Shown: positions 52,976-62,183 of the stretch, one piece after another
Numbering within the stretch: position 1 is the first letter of the stretch
Layout: each line of letters starts with the position of its first letter
NCBI GenBank assembly: GCA_965202745.1
Contig: CBDBCB010000012.1
Span: 18,463-82,462, forward strand
Reading direction: 5' to 3'
DNA from: Alphaproteobacteria bacterium
GTDB taxonomy: Bacteria > Pseudomonadota > Alphaproteobacteria > Bin95
Length of the DNA stretch: 64,000 nucleotides
Notes under the pieces: model-generated
Told to the model about the DNA's origin: nothing
Seen by the model: only the letters and a program-made list of their open reading frames with translations
Databases searched by the model: none
Translations under genes and position numbers: made by a program

Positions 52976-54210
52976 GCCCCTTGGCTAAGGCCTTCCGCAA
53001 TATGCCTTTTTCTGCGCAACGCCCAAAGGTAGGCTACCACACAGATTCCGGCTCCAACAGCCACCGTAGTCTGCAAGCCCAGCCAATCGCTGGCAGTACC
53101 CATCATCAACACCCCGATTGCCGGCCCCGCACGAGCACTCAAGCCATAAATGCTGAGGACACGGCCCAACATTTCGGGCGCGCAGGAATATTGGATCAGG
53201 CTTTGTGCGGCGACACCATTGACCGTCATGAAACAGCCGGCCGCGCCAGTAGCTACCAGTCCAAGCCAGAACCAATCCGTTGCGCAGAGCAAAAACATAG
53301 CAAGCGCCATCGCCAGCAGCGAATGCATCGCCAGGTCGGTAAGCGTTTGATGACGCGCTGCCTGGCTCAGCCAAACGCCGGCAATCACCGCGCCGACCCT
53401 GGTCGCCGATGTCAGCATGGCAAGGCCGTTGGTGCCCCGCCCAAATACGGCATCGGCAAACCCCGGCAGCAGTTCGGCAAACGGCCACACAAATACGGAC
53501 CCCATGAGCAGCAGGCCCAGCAATGGGCCGAGCCCCTGGTGGCGGCTCGCATAGCGCAGGCCGTCAACAATTTGCGCGAGCACCCGACCGCCAGTGACAG
53601 CGGGTGCGCGCGGGATAGAGTCCCTCACCCGTTCCAGCGCAATCAGGAAGATGATGAAGCTCAAGCCGTTGACCAGGAAAGCCCAACCCACATCCAAGGC
53701 AACGATCAACGCCCCGGCAACCACCGGCCCGACAAACCGCGCAGAATTCCAAAGAACAGAGTTAACAGCGATGGCGCTGGGCAGGTCGTCGGCCTGCACC
53801 AGGTTCCGCACCATCGACAGGCGCGCCGGCTGGTTCATGGCTGTCACAACGCCCAGCATCGCACTGAGGCCAAACAACAGCCAAATGTCAGCGAGACCAG
53901 CCAGAGCGAAACCGCCAAGCACGAAGGCCTGCAATGCCTGCAATATCTGAGCGACATTGATCAGGCGGAAACGGTCCATCCGGTCTGCCATCGCACCGCC
54001 CAACGGTCCCGCGATGATCGACGGCAGCAACTCAGCGGCGGCGATAATGCCGAGCCAGGCACCGGAATGGGTCAACTCCCACGCCAGCCAGCCGGTCGCC
54101 ACCCGCTGAATCCAGGTGCCGATCAGGGAGATGAAATTCCCTTCTGTGTAGATACGGTAGGCCCGGTTGCGAAAAACCTTTACCGCACCGAACGAGCGGA
54201 TATCAGCCAT
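52972..54210 (-). CDS. MFS transporter (EntS-like)
   Basis: 412 aa with about 12 transmembrane segments. N-terminal FRNRAYRIYTEGNFISLIGTW is typical of the EntS/YbdA group. Confidence 0.8.
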   Translation of the reverse strand: MADIRSFGAVKVFRNRAYRIYTEGNFISLIGTWIQRVATGWLAWELTHSGAWLGIIAAAELLPSIIAGPLGGAMADRMDRFRLINVAQILQALQAFVLGGFALAGLADIWLLFGLSAMLGVVTAMNQPARLSMVRNLVQADDLPSAIAVNSVLWNSARFVGPVVAGALIVALDVGWAFLVNGLSFIIFLIALERVRDSIPRAPAVTGGRVLAQIVDGLRYASRHQGLGPLLGLLLMGSVFVWPFAELLPGFADAVFGRGTNGLAMLTSATRVGAVIAGVWLSQAARHQTLTDLAMHSLLAMALAMFLLCATDWFWLGLVATGAAGCFMTVNGVAAQSLIQYSCAPEMLGRVLSIYGLSARAGPAIGVLMMGTASDWLGLQTTVAVGAGICVVAYLWALRRKRHIAEGLSQGA

Positions 54211-54225
54211 GGGCCGGATGTTTCA

Positions 54226-55074
54226 TCAATCCAGCTTTATCCCCTGCGCTCGAACGAACGGCCCCAGATTGTCCCGCTCGGTCTCAGCAACCTGGCGGGC
54301 CTTGTCTTCCGACCAGCCGTAGAAGTCTGGCTCTCCCCACTTGGCCACGTCGCGCCAGCTTTCCTTCGGCGGCGCATGGCGGGCAGCGCGGCGCTGATCG
54401 TAGCCATCAATATCCGCCTCAAGATTGCTGTCGTCATACTTGTCTTCATGCACGAAACACGAGAGCGGCAGACGCATGGAACTGAAGCCCGCGCGGGACG
54501 GATAGCCAACACAGAGCCCGGCATAAGGGAAGATGTACTCCGGCAGTTCCAGCATCTCCTTCAACGCGCCCGTATGGTTGCGCACATTGGAAATCGGGCA
54601 GCAGCCGAGACCTTCGCTCTCCGCCGCCAGAATGAAAGTCTGCATGGCCAGCGCGCAGTCGGTGGCCGCGTTCAGAAAGCTGTCCAGGTGATCGTTGCCG
54701 AAGGGTTTGCCACGCATCTCACAAATACGGCGGATGCGGCGGCTATCGCCGATCCAGATCATGAACACCGGCGCACTGGCGATCCAGGGCATGGCCGGGA
54801 TCAGGTCGGTGATCGCCTGCTGCTTTGCCTTGTCGCGGATCAGGATCACACCAGACTGCATCAGATCGGACTTGGCGCTGGAACAGAACGCCGTCGCCAG
54901 CAGGGTCTGCAGCAAATCCTCCGGCACGGGCTCTTCGGTCCAGCGGCGGTGCGAACGGCGATCCAGGACCTGGGCCAGCAGCCCTTCTGCCGGACGGTCT
55001 TTGCCAACGTCGGTGGGCAGGCCGTAGCGGAACTCGATCAGCTCGGCGAGATTATTCCATTTTTTTTCTGACAT
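54226..55074 (-). CDS. nitroreductase-family NAD(P)H flavin oxidoreductase (NfsA-like)
   Basis: RRSHRRWTEEPVP N-terminal signature. 282 aa. Confidence 0.75.
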   Translation of the reverse strand: MSEKKWNNLAELIEFRYGLPTDVGKDRPAEGLLAQVLDRRSHRRWTEEPVPEDLLQTLLATAFCSSAKSDLMQSGVILIRDKAKQQAITDLIPAMPWIASAPVFMIWIGDSRRIRRICEMRGKPFGNDHLDSFLNAATDCALAMQTFILAAESEGLGCCPISNVRNHTGALKEMLELPEYIFPYAGLCVGYPSRAGFSSMRLPLSCFVHEDKYDDSNLEADIDGYDQRRAARHAPPKESWRDVAKWGEPDFYGWSEDKARQVAETERDNLGPFVRAQGIKLD

Positions 55075-56360
55075 GGCGCGTTTCCGGCAGGCGTGATGGG
55101 TTTACCCATCATCCGCCCTTGCGCGTCGAAGGGCAAGCGCCCCCCTACTCGGCTGGCTCTAACGCGGGACGACAGAAGCAGGGCCAGGCAAACGAGGTTC
55201 ACCACGTTGAAGATTACGCCCACCAAAAACGCGAGCTTATAGTCCAGCGTCATGTCATAGATCACGCCGCCGGCAAAACCGCCGCCCGCCATGCCGACAT
55301 AACCTGCCATAAAGATCACACCGATACGCGCTGCCGCCTGACGGGCAGGAAAGAACTGCCGTGTGGCAAGCGCATAGCTGGGAACGATGCCGCCGAACAC
55401 CAGGCCGAATAGGCCGGAAACCAAATACAGACCCATCAGGGAATCAATGAACGTGTAGAGCGCCAAAGCCAGGCACTGCATGCCCGCGCCGATAAAGATA
55501 GTCATCAAACCGCCGATCCGATCGCTGATGACGCCGAAAACCATCCGGCTGATAAAGCCACAGGTCAGCAATACCGACAGCATCAGCGCGCCGTCGTCCA
55601 GCCCGAAGCCCAAGTCACTGCAATAGGCAGCGATATGCACCACCGGCATAGCCATGGCGACGCAACAGCCAATGATGGCCATGCAGAGCAGGCCCTGAAC
55701 CAGCAGCGGATGCAGACGGCTTTCGATGGCATGCCGCTCCACCGGTGCTGCCTTGCCGGCCGCGGCCTGGGGCGGCATCCGGCGCAAGATAAAGGAAAAT
55801 GGCACCAGCACCAACGCCACCAGCAGGCCATAAATCAGCCAGGTCTGCCGCCAGCCAATTTCGGAGAAGGCGGCCTCGAATGTCGGCGACCAGACGGCGC
55901 CTGCCATGTTCTGCCCGCCCATGACGATGGCAACGGCGATGCCGCGGCGGCGGTCGAACCAGCGGGTAGCGTTGGCGATCAGCGGCGAAAACACCGCCCC
56001 GTTGCCGCAAACACCCATAAACAAGAAGCAAATCACGATGAGCAGGACCGGATCGTCATTCTGGCTGATCAGGATGGCCCCGGTCGCCATCGACACGCCA
56101 GCAAGCGCCAGCGGCGTACCAATGCCCCGCTTATCTGCCCAAAGGCCGACGAAGATCCCACCAACGCCTGAGCCCAACGCCATCACGGAATAGGCGGACG
56201 ACGTCACCCAGCGCGGCCAACCCATGGCCTCCGCCATCGGCTTGATGCCGATCACCACCAGATAGTTGGACGCCACCGCCGCGGTAATCACCACCAGCGA
56301 CGCTGCCAAAATTACCCAGCCATAGGGTGTCTCGATGGAATCCTGCTGCTGTTGGGACAT
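55038..56360 (-). CDS. MFS transporter
   Basis: 440-aa polytopic protein with the loop 2-3 motif GLWADKRG. Confidence 0.8.
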   Translation of the reverse strand: MSQQQQDSIETPYGWVILAASLVVITAAVASNYLVVIGIKPMAEAMGWPRWVTSSAYSVMALGSGVGGIFVGLWADKRGIGTPLALAGVSMATGAILISQNDDPVLLIVICFLFMGVCGNGAVFSPLIANATRWFDRRRGIAVAIVMGGQNMAGAVWSPTFEAAFSEIGWRQTWLIYGLLVALVLVPFSFILRRMPPQAAAGKAAPVERHAIESRLHPLLVQGLLCMAIIGCCVAMAMPVVHIAAYCSDLGFGLDDGALMLSVLLTCGFISRMVFGVISDRIGGLMTIFIGAGMQCLALALYTFIDSLMGLYLVSGLFGLVFGGIVPSYALATRQFFPARQAAARIGVIFMAGYVGMAGGGFAGGVIYDMTLDYKLAFLVGVIFNVVNLVCLALLLSSRVRASRVGGRLPFDAQGRMMGKPITPAGNAPCQKKNGIISPS

Positions 56361-56574
56361 AGATGGTCCGGGGTTTGATGGTGAGCCGCACCTAGCGCGA
56401 AAGCCGAAACCCTAAGGAGAATGCCCGGACGCCGCAATCGCTCAGCTCAATAGATGCAGCTAAACCACGCCACCCCCCGGTCCCGTTGAAGGCGAGAGCC
56501 TCAGCAGTAGAAAGTTCGCCGGGTGCCGCCTAGGATGCCGGCCAACCGATCCGCGCCAAATACGGAGTTCCGTC

Positions 56575-57306
56575 ATGACCGCCCCCTGGCAGACACACAA
56601 AGCCATCGCCTTCGATGTGGGCGGCACCGTCTTTGACTGGCATGGTACCGTTGCTCCTGTGGTCGCCGAGGCACTGCCGTCGGTGGATGCCAGGGCCTTC
56701 ACCAATGACTGGCGGCGAACAATGTTTGTGTTGCTGGCCGAAGTGCGCGCTGGACGCCTGCCCCGCCACAACTCGGACACGCTGCACCGGTTGGCGCTCG
56801 ATCACGTGATGCCGCGCTTTCCCGACGCTTTTTTGAGTGAGAGGGACAAGGACGAGTTAGCCACTGCCTGGCACGTGCTGAAGGCCTGGCCCGATGCCGC
56901 TGCCGCAATCGAAAAACTGCGCAGCCGCTATACCGTGACCGTGCTGACGGTACTGTCCTGGCGTTCGGTCGTCGCGTCGTCAAAGGCTGCGGGCATTGCA
57001 TGGGATGGGATTCTGTCCTGCGAGTTTCTACCGGCTTACAAACCGGAGAAAGCTGCCTACCTCGCAGCGCCCCGGCTAATCGATTGCGCACCGCACGAAA
57101 CCATCATGGCCGCCTGCCATGACGAGCAAAACCTGGCACATGCCAGAAATGCCGGGCTGGCCGCTGCTTATGTGGACCGGCCCGACGAATACGGCAAATC
57201 CCGCGACCCTGCCCTGCCCGGCCGCCAGGACTATGTCTGCGAGGCACTGGATTATGCCGGTTTCGCCGAGCAACTCACCAACCCCTCCTACCTGAAAAGC
57301 GCGTGA
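56575..57306 (+). CDS. HAD-superfamily hydrolase (haloacid dehalogenase type II-like)
   Basis: Motif I IAFDVGGTVFDW, a cap domain, and a C-terminal AAC.HDEQNL..A region. Confidence 0.75.
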   Translation: MTAPWQTHKAIAFDVGGTVFDWHGTVAPVVAEALPSVDARAFTNDWRRTMFVLLAEVRAGRLPRHNSDTLHRLALDHVMPRFPDAFLSERDKDELATAWHVLKAWPDAAAAIEKLRSRYTVTVLTVLSWRSVVASSKAAGIAWDGILSCEFLPAYKPEKAAYLAAPRLIDCAPHETIMAACHDEQNLAHARNAGLAAAYVDRPDEYGKSRDPALPGRQDYVCEALDYAGFAEQLTNPSYLKSA

Positions 57307-57310
57307 CGCC

Positions 57311-58332
57311 ATGAGCATCGACCTGACGCCCGAGAACATCCTGCCCACCGACCATGGCCTGCTGGTCGGCCGCGTCTGGCGGCCTGCGCCCGTCAATGGA
57401 CCCAGCGTTGTGCGTATTGACGGCAACCGGGTGGTGGACATCACCCAGGCTTTCCCCACCATCGCTGATGTCTTGAACGCGCCAGACCGGGCCGCCCGTA
57501 TAAAGGCTGCGGCGGGGCCGGTACTCGGTGATCTGGCGGAGATTTTGGCCGAAAGTCATCCCGACTGCCGGAAGGGCATGCATTTCCTGGCCCCCAGCGA
57601 CCTGCAGCCGACGAAAGCGGCAGGTGTCACCTTCGCCATTTCCATGCTGGAATGGGTAATTGAGGAGCAGGCCAAAGGCGATCCAGCCCGCGCGGCCGAC
57701 CTGCGCGAGACAATCCAGGAGAGATCGGCGCAGACCTATCCGCCATTGTCCCAGGCTCGGACCAGGCCGAGGCGTTAAAAGCAAAGCTCATCGAAATGGG
57801 CGCGTGGTCCCAATACCTGGAGGTCGTTGGCGCGACACTCGGCAATGACGTGAACCTGCGGGATATTGAGGGGCGGAGCGCATTGCTGCTAGGCCGGGCG
57901 AAGGACAACAATGCCAGCGCTTCTCTGGGGCCTTTCCTGCGCCTGTTCGATGAGACGTTCGGCATTGATGACGTGCGGGCGGCACAACTGTCCCTGAAAG
58001 TATCCAGCGAGGACCAATTCGTGCTGGAAGGTGCCAGCGACATGACCGCCATCAGCCGCGACCCACTCGACCTAGCCGCGCAGACCCTGTCGATCCATCA
58101 CCAGTACCCGGACGGCGCTTTCCTGATGTGTGGCACCCTATTCGCGCCGATCAAAGACCGCGACACGCCAGGCCAGGGCTTCACCCACAAGCTTGGCGAC
58201 TGGGTGGAAATTGCGAGCCCCAAGCTGGGGCGGCTGGTCAACCGCGTCGCCCTAACGGACCAGGCCCCGGCCTGGACCTTTGGCGTGCGGGCACTGATGG
58301 CCAATCTCGCCCGGCGGGGTATCGGGGTTTAG
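57311..58332 (+). pseudogene. fumarylacetoacetate hydrolase (FAH) family protein with a frameshift near 57715-57725
   Basis: ORFs 57311..57778 and 57796..58332 are in different frames. The alternative frame reads ..IGADLSAIVPGSDQAEALKAKLIEMGAWSQYLEV.. and bridges the two. Confidence 0.7.
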
Positions 58333-61034
58333 TCAGGTCTGCCCGCCCTCGTGCAACGGCAACACTGCTGCGAAACAGGAGCCTTGGCCGGAGGAGCGAA
58401 CCAATTCCAGCCGCCCGCCGAAATGGCGCATAATCTCCCAGGAAATGGCGAGGCCCAGCCCGGCCCCATCTTGGGGTTGCTGGCGCGAGCCGCGAAAGAA
58501 CTTCGAGAACAGCCGTTGCTGATCTTCCGGCGCGATACCCGGACCATTGTCCTCGACCAGTACTCGCATTTCATGATCGCCGATTGAGGTCGAGACGGTA
58601 ACGGCCGGCTGCTCGCCGCCATTGAACTTAATCGAATTGGAAATCAGGTTGATCAGCACCTGGCAGAGCCGGTCCATGTTCGCCCTGACCAGCGCCGATC
58701 CGCCGGTCTCTCCCTGCGACACGTGACAGCCGGCCCCCCGCGCCAGCCCCTCGTAAGCCTCCAACGCACGAACAACAGCGTCGCGCGGATTGAAGACAGT
58801 CATCTCCCAGGTGACACCGCCCCGCTCCAGGTGGCTGAGGTCGAGGATTTCATCCAACAGCCGGGTCAGGCGCAGGCTCTCGTCCTGAATAATCTTCAGG
58901 AAGCGCTTTGCTTGCGCCGGCTCAATGTCACCGCCATTCATCAGCACATCGCTGAAGGAGCGGATAAAGGTCATCGGCGTGCGCAGTTCGTGGCTGACCT
59001 GGCTCAGAAAATCATCTTTCTCGCCGTCTAACTGACGAAGACTCCCGTTGGTAGCGCGACTTCATCTCCAATTTATAACTGTACTCAATTACCTGTTAAG
59101 TCTCGTCAATCATGCCGATGATTTCATGCATGCTGATCGTCTCGCCGGACGCCACCTGGCCAATCATTACCCGCGCAGAGGCGCCACCGACCAAGCCAGC
59201 AAACTCCCTCTCCAGTGCCGCAATAAACGCGGGGTCCGGGCGGGGCATGTTGCCGGACTCGCCTTGGCGGCGGGCCGCGTTGCGAAACAGGCGGTAGGCC
59301 GCATCCGTACCCAAAATGCGTTGTGCGAGGATATAAAGGTCATCGATCGCCGCCGTTCGAACCAGCACACGGCTTTCATGCTGAGCCGGATTGCGGAACA
59401 CGTCGACGAACAGTCCGCTTTGCAACCGCTCCAGCGGAGAGCGCTGAGTGAACAGGGACACGCCAACCAGCAGGATTACATTGGCCGAAAGGCTCCAGTA
59501 CATGGCGTGAACCAGGAGATCCATGCTAGCCGCCCCCAACAAAGCTTGCGGCTTCAACAAGCTCCACCCGAATGGCCCGGCCACCACCAGTTCCGCCGCC
59601 CAGTTTTCCTCAGCGGCGAAGCTCGGCAGCAGCAGCGTGTAGGCCCAAACCAGAAAACCCGCACCTAGGCCGACAATCGCGCCTTTGGCGGTGGCAGCCC
59701 GCCAATACATGCCGGCAATCATCGGCGGTAATAATTAGGCAACCGCGGCAAACGCGATCAACCCCATGGCAGCCAGCGCGTCATTGTCAGCACTGAAACG
59801 ATAGTAAAGAAAACCAAGCAACAGAACGATGCAGATGCTGACCCGGCGGCTGTTCAGCAGCAATTGCCGGACATCGCCGCTTTCGTCCGCGCCCGAGCGT
59901 GGCCACCGCAACACGACAGGCATCACAATGTGGTTCGAAATCATGATCGACAGCGCGATGGAGGCGACGATCACCATGCTGGTCGCTGACGAAAAGCCGC
60001 CGATGAATGCCAGCAAGGCCAACCAATCCTGGCCCTCCGCCATAGGCAGGGTCAGGACAAACATGTCGGGATTGGCGCCCGGCGGCAGGAAGTTCAAGCC
60101 GACGATAGCAATCGGCAGGATGAACAGGCTGATGAGGAACAGATAGAGCGGGAATAGCCAGGACGCGATCTGCAAGTGCCGCTCGTCCCCATTTTCCACC
60201 ACCTTTACCTGAAACTGCCGCGGCAGGCACAGCACTGCAGCAGCAGCAGCAGCAGCAGCCAGGAAGGTCAGGGTCAGCCAGCGGCTGCCAAAAGGGTCTT
60301 CCTGTGCCAGCAAATGCCGGGCTTCCGGCGTATCAAAACAGCGGGAATGCCGCCTGCCACGCTCCAAACCACAAATATGCCGACCGCCAGCAATGCCACC
60401 AGCTTGACCAGAGCCTCAAACGCGATTGCGGCAACAACACCGGGATGGCGCTCGTTCGCATCGATATTCCGGGTACCGAAGGCAATGGTGAAAGCAGCCA
60501 GCCCGGCCGCCAGCCAGAACGCCGTCCAGAACGCCGTCGCGGCCTGGCCTGAATTGGCCGCAATGCCCAGGCCCGCACCGACTCCGGCATTGCTGACTAT
60601 CTGAAAACTGCTGGTCACCGCTTTCAACTGCAAGGCGATGTAAGGCGTGGTGCCGATCACGGCCAGCACCGTTACCAGCACCGCTAGCGCGTTGCTTTTG
60701 CCATAGCGGGAAGAGATGAGGTCGGCGATCGATGAAATACGGTTGGTCCACCCGATCCGCACCATTTTGTGCAACAGATACCACCAGCCGATGAAAACCA
60801 GCGTCGGCCCCAGATAGATCGTCACAAACTCAATGCCGTTGCGCGCCGCGATCCGACCGCGCCGTATAATGTCCAGGACGTGCAATAAACCGAGATCGAG
60901 AGCGTGTAGATGACGGGGCTTTGCACCAGGCTCAAGCGGCCAGCCTTGGCTAACCTGTCAGCGGTGAATGCCAGGCCGAACAGCACGGCGACATAGACCA
61001 AGGCGGTGATGAGAACACTATCAACGGAAAGCAT
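58333..61034 (-). pseudogene. sodium:solute symporter (SSF) domain fused to a histidine kinase (CbrA/CrbS-type), with five disrupting lesions
   Basis: SSF fragments are 60822..61034, 60274..60885, 59735..60367 and 59096..59722. The kinase core is 58333..58974 (SHELRTP, EDNGPGI, GAGLGLAIS). In-frame TAA at 59735-59737 and 59096-59098. Frameshifts near 60850, 60300 and 59050. Confidence 0.8.
60237..60260. repeat. (GCA)7GCC trinucleotide repeat encoding poly-Ala on the minus strand
   Basis: Seen directly: GCAGCAGCAGCAGCAGCAGCAGCC. Translated as FLAAAAAAAAVL inside the symporter fragment. Confidence 0.9.
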
Positions 61035-61282
61035 CAGGGAGGCGCATCCTCACCCAAGCCGGCTTCGCTGTCGGGCAGGCCGCCGCTGCGCGCCAGTGGC
61101 CTGCCCAGCAGGGCCGCCGCGCCGATCAAACCGAGCCAGGCAGAAAATATATAGATAACCTCCAGCGGCACGCCCGCCAGAAACACATCCGGTGGAAACA
61201 TCCTGATCAACGGCGACTGCAACAGGAAGATACCCAGCAATGGTAACGCGAGGGCTGCCGCAAATAGCTTTTGCCTGTTTAT
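61034..61282 (-). CDS. possible small two-TM membrane protein (symporter small-subunit-like) without a canonical start codon
   Basis: (I)NRQKLFAAALALPLLGIFLL...VIYIFSAWLGLIGAAALL. Its stop overlaps the symporter ATG (TGATG). The only start-like codon is ATA at 61282. Confidence 0.3.
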   Translation of the reverse strand: MNRQKLFAAALALPLLGIFLLQSPLIRMFPPDVFLAGVPLEVIYIFSAWLGLIGAAALLGRPLARSGGLPDSEAGLGEDAPP

Positions 61283-61296
61283 CGGCCTGGACCGCG

Positions 61297-61765
61297 CTAA
61301 CCGCGGCCGCGGTAGGGTTGAACGCCCTGATCGGGCAGCCACAGCCCGTCCGGAGGCGCACCGGTCTGCCAGAACACATCGATCAGCATGCCGCCCCGTG
61401 GGTACCAATAGCCGCCGATACGCAGCCATTCTGGAGCCAGCGTCTCCACCAAGCGCTTGCCGATATCCAGGGTGCAGGCCTCGTGGAAAGCTCCGTGATT
61501 GCGGAATGCGCCCAGATACAGCTTCAGCGATTTGCTTTCTACCAGCCAATCCTTCGGCACATAGTCTATTACTAGATGGGCAAAGTCAGGCTGTCCGGTG
61601 ACGGGGCAGATTGAGGTGAACTCCGGCTGCACAAAGCGCACCAAGTAGGTGCTTGCCCGGGTGGGGGTTCGGAATTCTTTCCAAGTCTGCGGCGTCGGGA
61701 TGGTTGGGCGTCACCGTTTGCTGCCCCAATTGGGTCAGATGACCGCCACTCTGATTGTCCGTCAT
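61297..61765 (-). pseudogene. queF: NADPH-dependent 7-cyano-7-deazaguanine reductase with a frameshift near 61640-61650
   Basis: C-terminal part has [21 protein letters not shown] and ESKSLKLYL. The N-terminal part ([16 protein letters not shown]...ERIPNPHPG) is in another frame. Confidence 0.75.
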
Positions 61766-62142
61766 TAACGCTCGTTCTTTCCCAAAAGGCGGGCGATGCA
61801 TTCAAGTACTTCGCTGTTCGCGAACGGCTTGGTGATAAAGGCATTCACGCCCAATTCCTCGGCCAGCGCCCGGTCTTTGGCCTGTCCCTTGGCGGTCAGC
61901 ATCAGGACAGGCAATTCCTTGTTAGCAGCGTCGGCACGCACGGCCTTCAAAACCTCAAAACCACTGAGGTGCGGCAGCATCGCATCCAGAACCAGGAGAT
62001 CAGGTGAGACTTCGCGCACAGACGCCAGTGCTGCTGTTCCATCGTACACGGTCGTTGTGCCATAGCCCTCCCGCTGCAACAGAAACTGCAACAATTCTGC
62101 GATATTAGCCTCGTCCTCGGCGATCAGCACCGTTGCCGCCAT
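61765..62142 (-). CDS. stand-alone response regulator receiver domain
   Basis: [24 protein letters not shown] and AFITKPF. GGGAGGA lies upstream of the ATG at 62142. The stop overlaps the queF ATG (TAATG). Confidence 0.8.
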   Translation of the reverse strand: MAATVLIAEDEANIAELLQFLLQREGYGTTTVYDGTAALASVREVSPDLLVLDAMLPHLSGFEVLKAVRADAANKELPVLMLTAKGQAKDRALAEELGVNAFITKPFANSEVLECIARLLGKNER

Positions 62143-62183
62143 TAATCCATTCCTCCCGGCCATCGGCTTAAACGCCGTTGTTA

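Noticed and set aside
52963-55071. 702-aa plus-strand ORF
   Set aside because: It is antisense to the MFS transporter and nitroreductase genes. Its composition is biased (R/Q/H/P-rich) and no domain is recognisable.
61034-61549. 171-aa and 109-aa ORFs (61034..61549 and 61050..61379) overlapping queF
   Set aside because: Their 5' parts are alternative frames of the queF coding region, with an Arg/Gly/Pro-rich composition. Only the last 82 codons of the first one (downstream of the queF stop) look like a membrane protein.
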